Origin: Vitrella brassicaformis CCMP3155
Taxonomy: Eukaryota; Protista; Chromerida
Reading direction: 5' to 3'
DNA length: 64,000 nt
Assembly (NCBI GenBank): GCA_001179505.1
Contig: CDMY01000520.1
Span: 1-64,000 of the forward strand
In this document: positions 61,621-64,000 of the stretch, in pieces
Layout: every line of letters begins with the position of its first letter
Position numbering within the stretch: position 1 is the stretch's first letter
Made by a program: the position numbers and the translations under genes
The notes under the pieces: generated by a model
Seen by the model: the letters and a program-made list of their open reading frames with translations, nothing else
The model's database searches: none
Told to the model about the DNA's origin: nothing

Positions 61621-64000
61621 ATGGCCCATCAAGGCGTGCGCTGCAGCTCAACATCCGGGAGAAGATCAGATCCGCCAGCAGTTGAGCACCATCGCCATCG
61701 GTCCATCTCCTCTTCCTCCTTGAGGCATGTCCGCCGCTCGGCAACCGTGCTCTCCTTCGTGCTTACCCTACACATCGCCCTTGGTCAGATCAATGCAGTG
61801 CCGCCATACGGTGCGGCAGGACAGCCGGGAGGGGGACAGCCTTACGCCACGCAATGGACGGGGCAGCCGTACGCAGCCAACGCCGCTCAACAGCCACAGG
61901 GCCAAGCATCGTACAGAAGCCACTCGAGGGAGGAGATGAAGAAGGACAGCAGTGCGGGCAGTCGGCATCACCACGTGGAGCACTACGACAGCCGTTTCGA
62001 GATGATGAGGCACTCGTGGGACGCGCCACTGTCATTTGGTAGAGCACTCACGGTGTTCGCAGCTTCATTGTGACTTGGGTGTGTGTGTGTGTGCTGTCAG
62101 ATAACACGCTGGGCGAGTGGGATCTCTCCGGCGCGACCATCCCGACCAAGAGCTCTGTGGTGCTCGTGCCCCGAGTGGCCAACAGGACTGGCCAGTTCTG
62201 GTGAGCATCACGCGACGAGAACTGGATGCTCATTCAGAGAATGAATGCACGTTCTGGTCTGACTGTGGTGTGGCTTGTCAGGCACAAGCAGCCCGTGACG
62301 ACGGCGAACTTTGAGGTCGAGTTTGAGTTTCTCGTCGATGGGCCGCAGAGGACACAGTCCCAGGGATTTGCCTTCTGGTGGGCATAGACCGGAGGATGGC
62401 CCGAGCTGCCGAGCATCTCTGCCTGTATTTTGGGTGTGTTTGTGTAGGTATGTGTATGAAGAGTATGCGAAAAGCTACCCGAAGAATGACGAGGAGGCCA
62501 AGTCGTGGACACTTCACGGATACAAAGTGAATGCCTGACTGCACACAGACAGAACAGTGGAAAGGGAGCGCCACACTCGCTCTCTGGCTGCTGTGGGTAT
62601 CTGCAGCAAAACTTCAAAGGTGTCGGGGTCTTTTTCAGCAACTTTGACAAGTCCAACCAGGTAACTTGAAAGAGGGAACCGCCGCTGGTCATCCACAAGG
62701 CGGCTCACTCATCCTGTCCCTGCCTGTGTGTGTTCGCAGCTGAATCCGTCTGTCTCCGTTGCACACAATCCTGTCGGTGAGGGCTACTACCTCCTCGGGA
62801 GAGACGTGCCGACACGAGGTCAGTCAGTCAGCCGAAATGCAGAAGAGCATGCCTGTGTGCACGTGCGTTGTGGTGACGGTGTGTCAGATGTGCTGTTCCT
62901 TAAGTATCGCAACACGCAGCAGACCATTCGATTCAAGCTGAAGGCCGGACCGAAGGGTGTACTCGGGCAGGTGCGTGTGGGCACCACCCAGCAGCAAGCC
63001 AGGATAGTGCACGGTGTCCTTGCACTGGTCAGGTCCGCATGGGTCCCAATGCCGCGTGGATCGATGCATTCAGGGTGTGTAAATGCACTCACAGAGACTC
63101 ATGTGTCGAGTGCGGTCCATGTTTTGTCTCGTGTTGCCTGCAGCTGTACAACGTCCGCGTGCAGCCTCAAGGCTATATCGGATTCTCCTCTTTCACCGGT
63201 GGGCCACGGCAATCTCATCTTTCCACTGAGAGTGGTCCGTGCACGGGGTGTCTGTTGCGTGTCTGGACGTTTAGGCCCGGAAGTGCCTGACCACCAAGGC
63301 GATCGAGTAACACTATTCTCCTTCCACATGTACAATCTCGACATGACACAGACGGGGGAGGACTCAAACGTCGTCCATGACAGTGAGCTGGATGGGAGTG
63401 CAGGAATGACTTCACGTGATACGCACTCATGTATCGGGCTGCTGTGTGATCGGTCAAACAGCTTTGGGCGATATGAATGTCAACCATCTGCTCAAGGACA
63501 GCAAATTCGAGAACGACGTATGCAACCTGCATAGGCACACGTGGGATATTGGCATGGATCTGCATGTGACGTGTGTGTGCCGTGTGTGTGTGTGTGTGTG
63601 TATTGCCAGAGTGACGAGACGGCGATCATCCGTGAGCTGACCAGGATGCTGTACAAGCACACGTCTGAGGCAGCACCCAGGGAACAAACCATCTTCAAAA
63701 CACTCAAGTGCGTCAGAACGGCCAACCGCTACACAAGCGCACTGTGAGTATGTCTTGTGTCCATGGCACTCACTGCAGCCGTCTGACAGCTGAGGTCCAC
63801 ATGCTGACGCAGGACGTGCGCGAGATCGCCGCCGAGTTCAGAGTGTACAAGGAGCTCACCAGCGGCAACGACACCCTGCACAACATGAAACAAGAGGTAT
63901 TGAAGCTGAGAGAGGCAGGGGACGTGACGTCAGATGGGTGGTGGTCGGATGTGTCGTCAGGTTCTGGGTCTCCGGAGCTTCTTTTCGAAGCACGTGCAGA
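61621..64000 (+). CDS. Legume-like (L-type) lectin, ERGIC-53/VIP36/LMAN family; truncated at window end
   Basis: HSWDAPLSF|..GEWDLSGATIPTKSSVVLVPRVANRTGQFW|HKQPVTTANFEVEFEFLVDG...QGFAFW|Y...FKGVGVFFSNFD...YRN...GYIGFSSFTG, followed by a coiled-coil stalk (IIRELTRMLYKH...LNRLTAEVHMLTQDVREI). Confidence 0.85.

Overview
Eukaryotic, intron-dense genomic scaffold with GC-rich exons, short GT-AG introns and spacers filled with strand-biased (GT)n/(CA)n, (CTGT)n and (GCCT)n microsatellites. The overall style resembles a chromerid alveolate such as Vitrella (inference, not verified). About 17 spliced protein-coding genes were reconstructed by hand: a small secreted protein, a PAN + bacterial-type S8 protease-like protein, two large LRR/Cys-rich/multi-TM receptor-like genes, a DEK_C/F-box/XPA-like protein, an F-box/LRR protein, an IPNS-family 2OG-Fe(II) dioxygenase, a coiled-coil protein, a putatively myristoylated CxxC protein, a TM-RING-H2 E3 ligase, a long-chain acyl-CoA synthetase, a UEV + OGFOD2/ICU11-like oxygenase fusion, RRP8, an ODAD1/CCDC114-like protein, a repeat-rich type I membrane protein with RTX Ca-binding repeats, an L-type lectin truncated by the window end, and one unassigned hypothetical. 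There are two 300-N gaps, and the first is flanked by a ~0.9 kb duplication. The most striking structure is that 16 of the 17 genes sit in head-to-head pairs with only ~60-360 bp between start codons. These tiny bidirectional promoters share recurring motifs (GCGAGCT[TTC], AGCGGTTTCACGA), and two genes share a CCCCCCAGTCTTTTTC leader. No tRNA, rRNA, CRISPR array or transposon was recognised. All exon structures and domain calls are manual and need HMM/RNA-seq confirmation.
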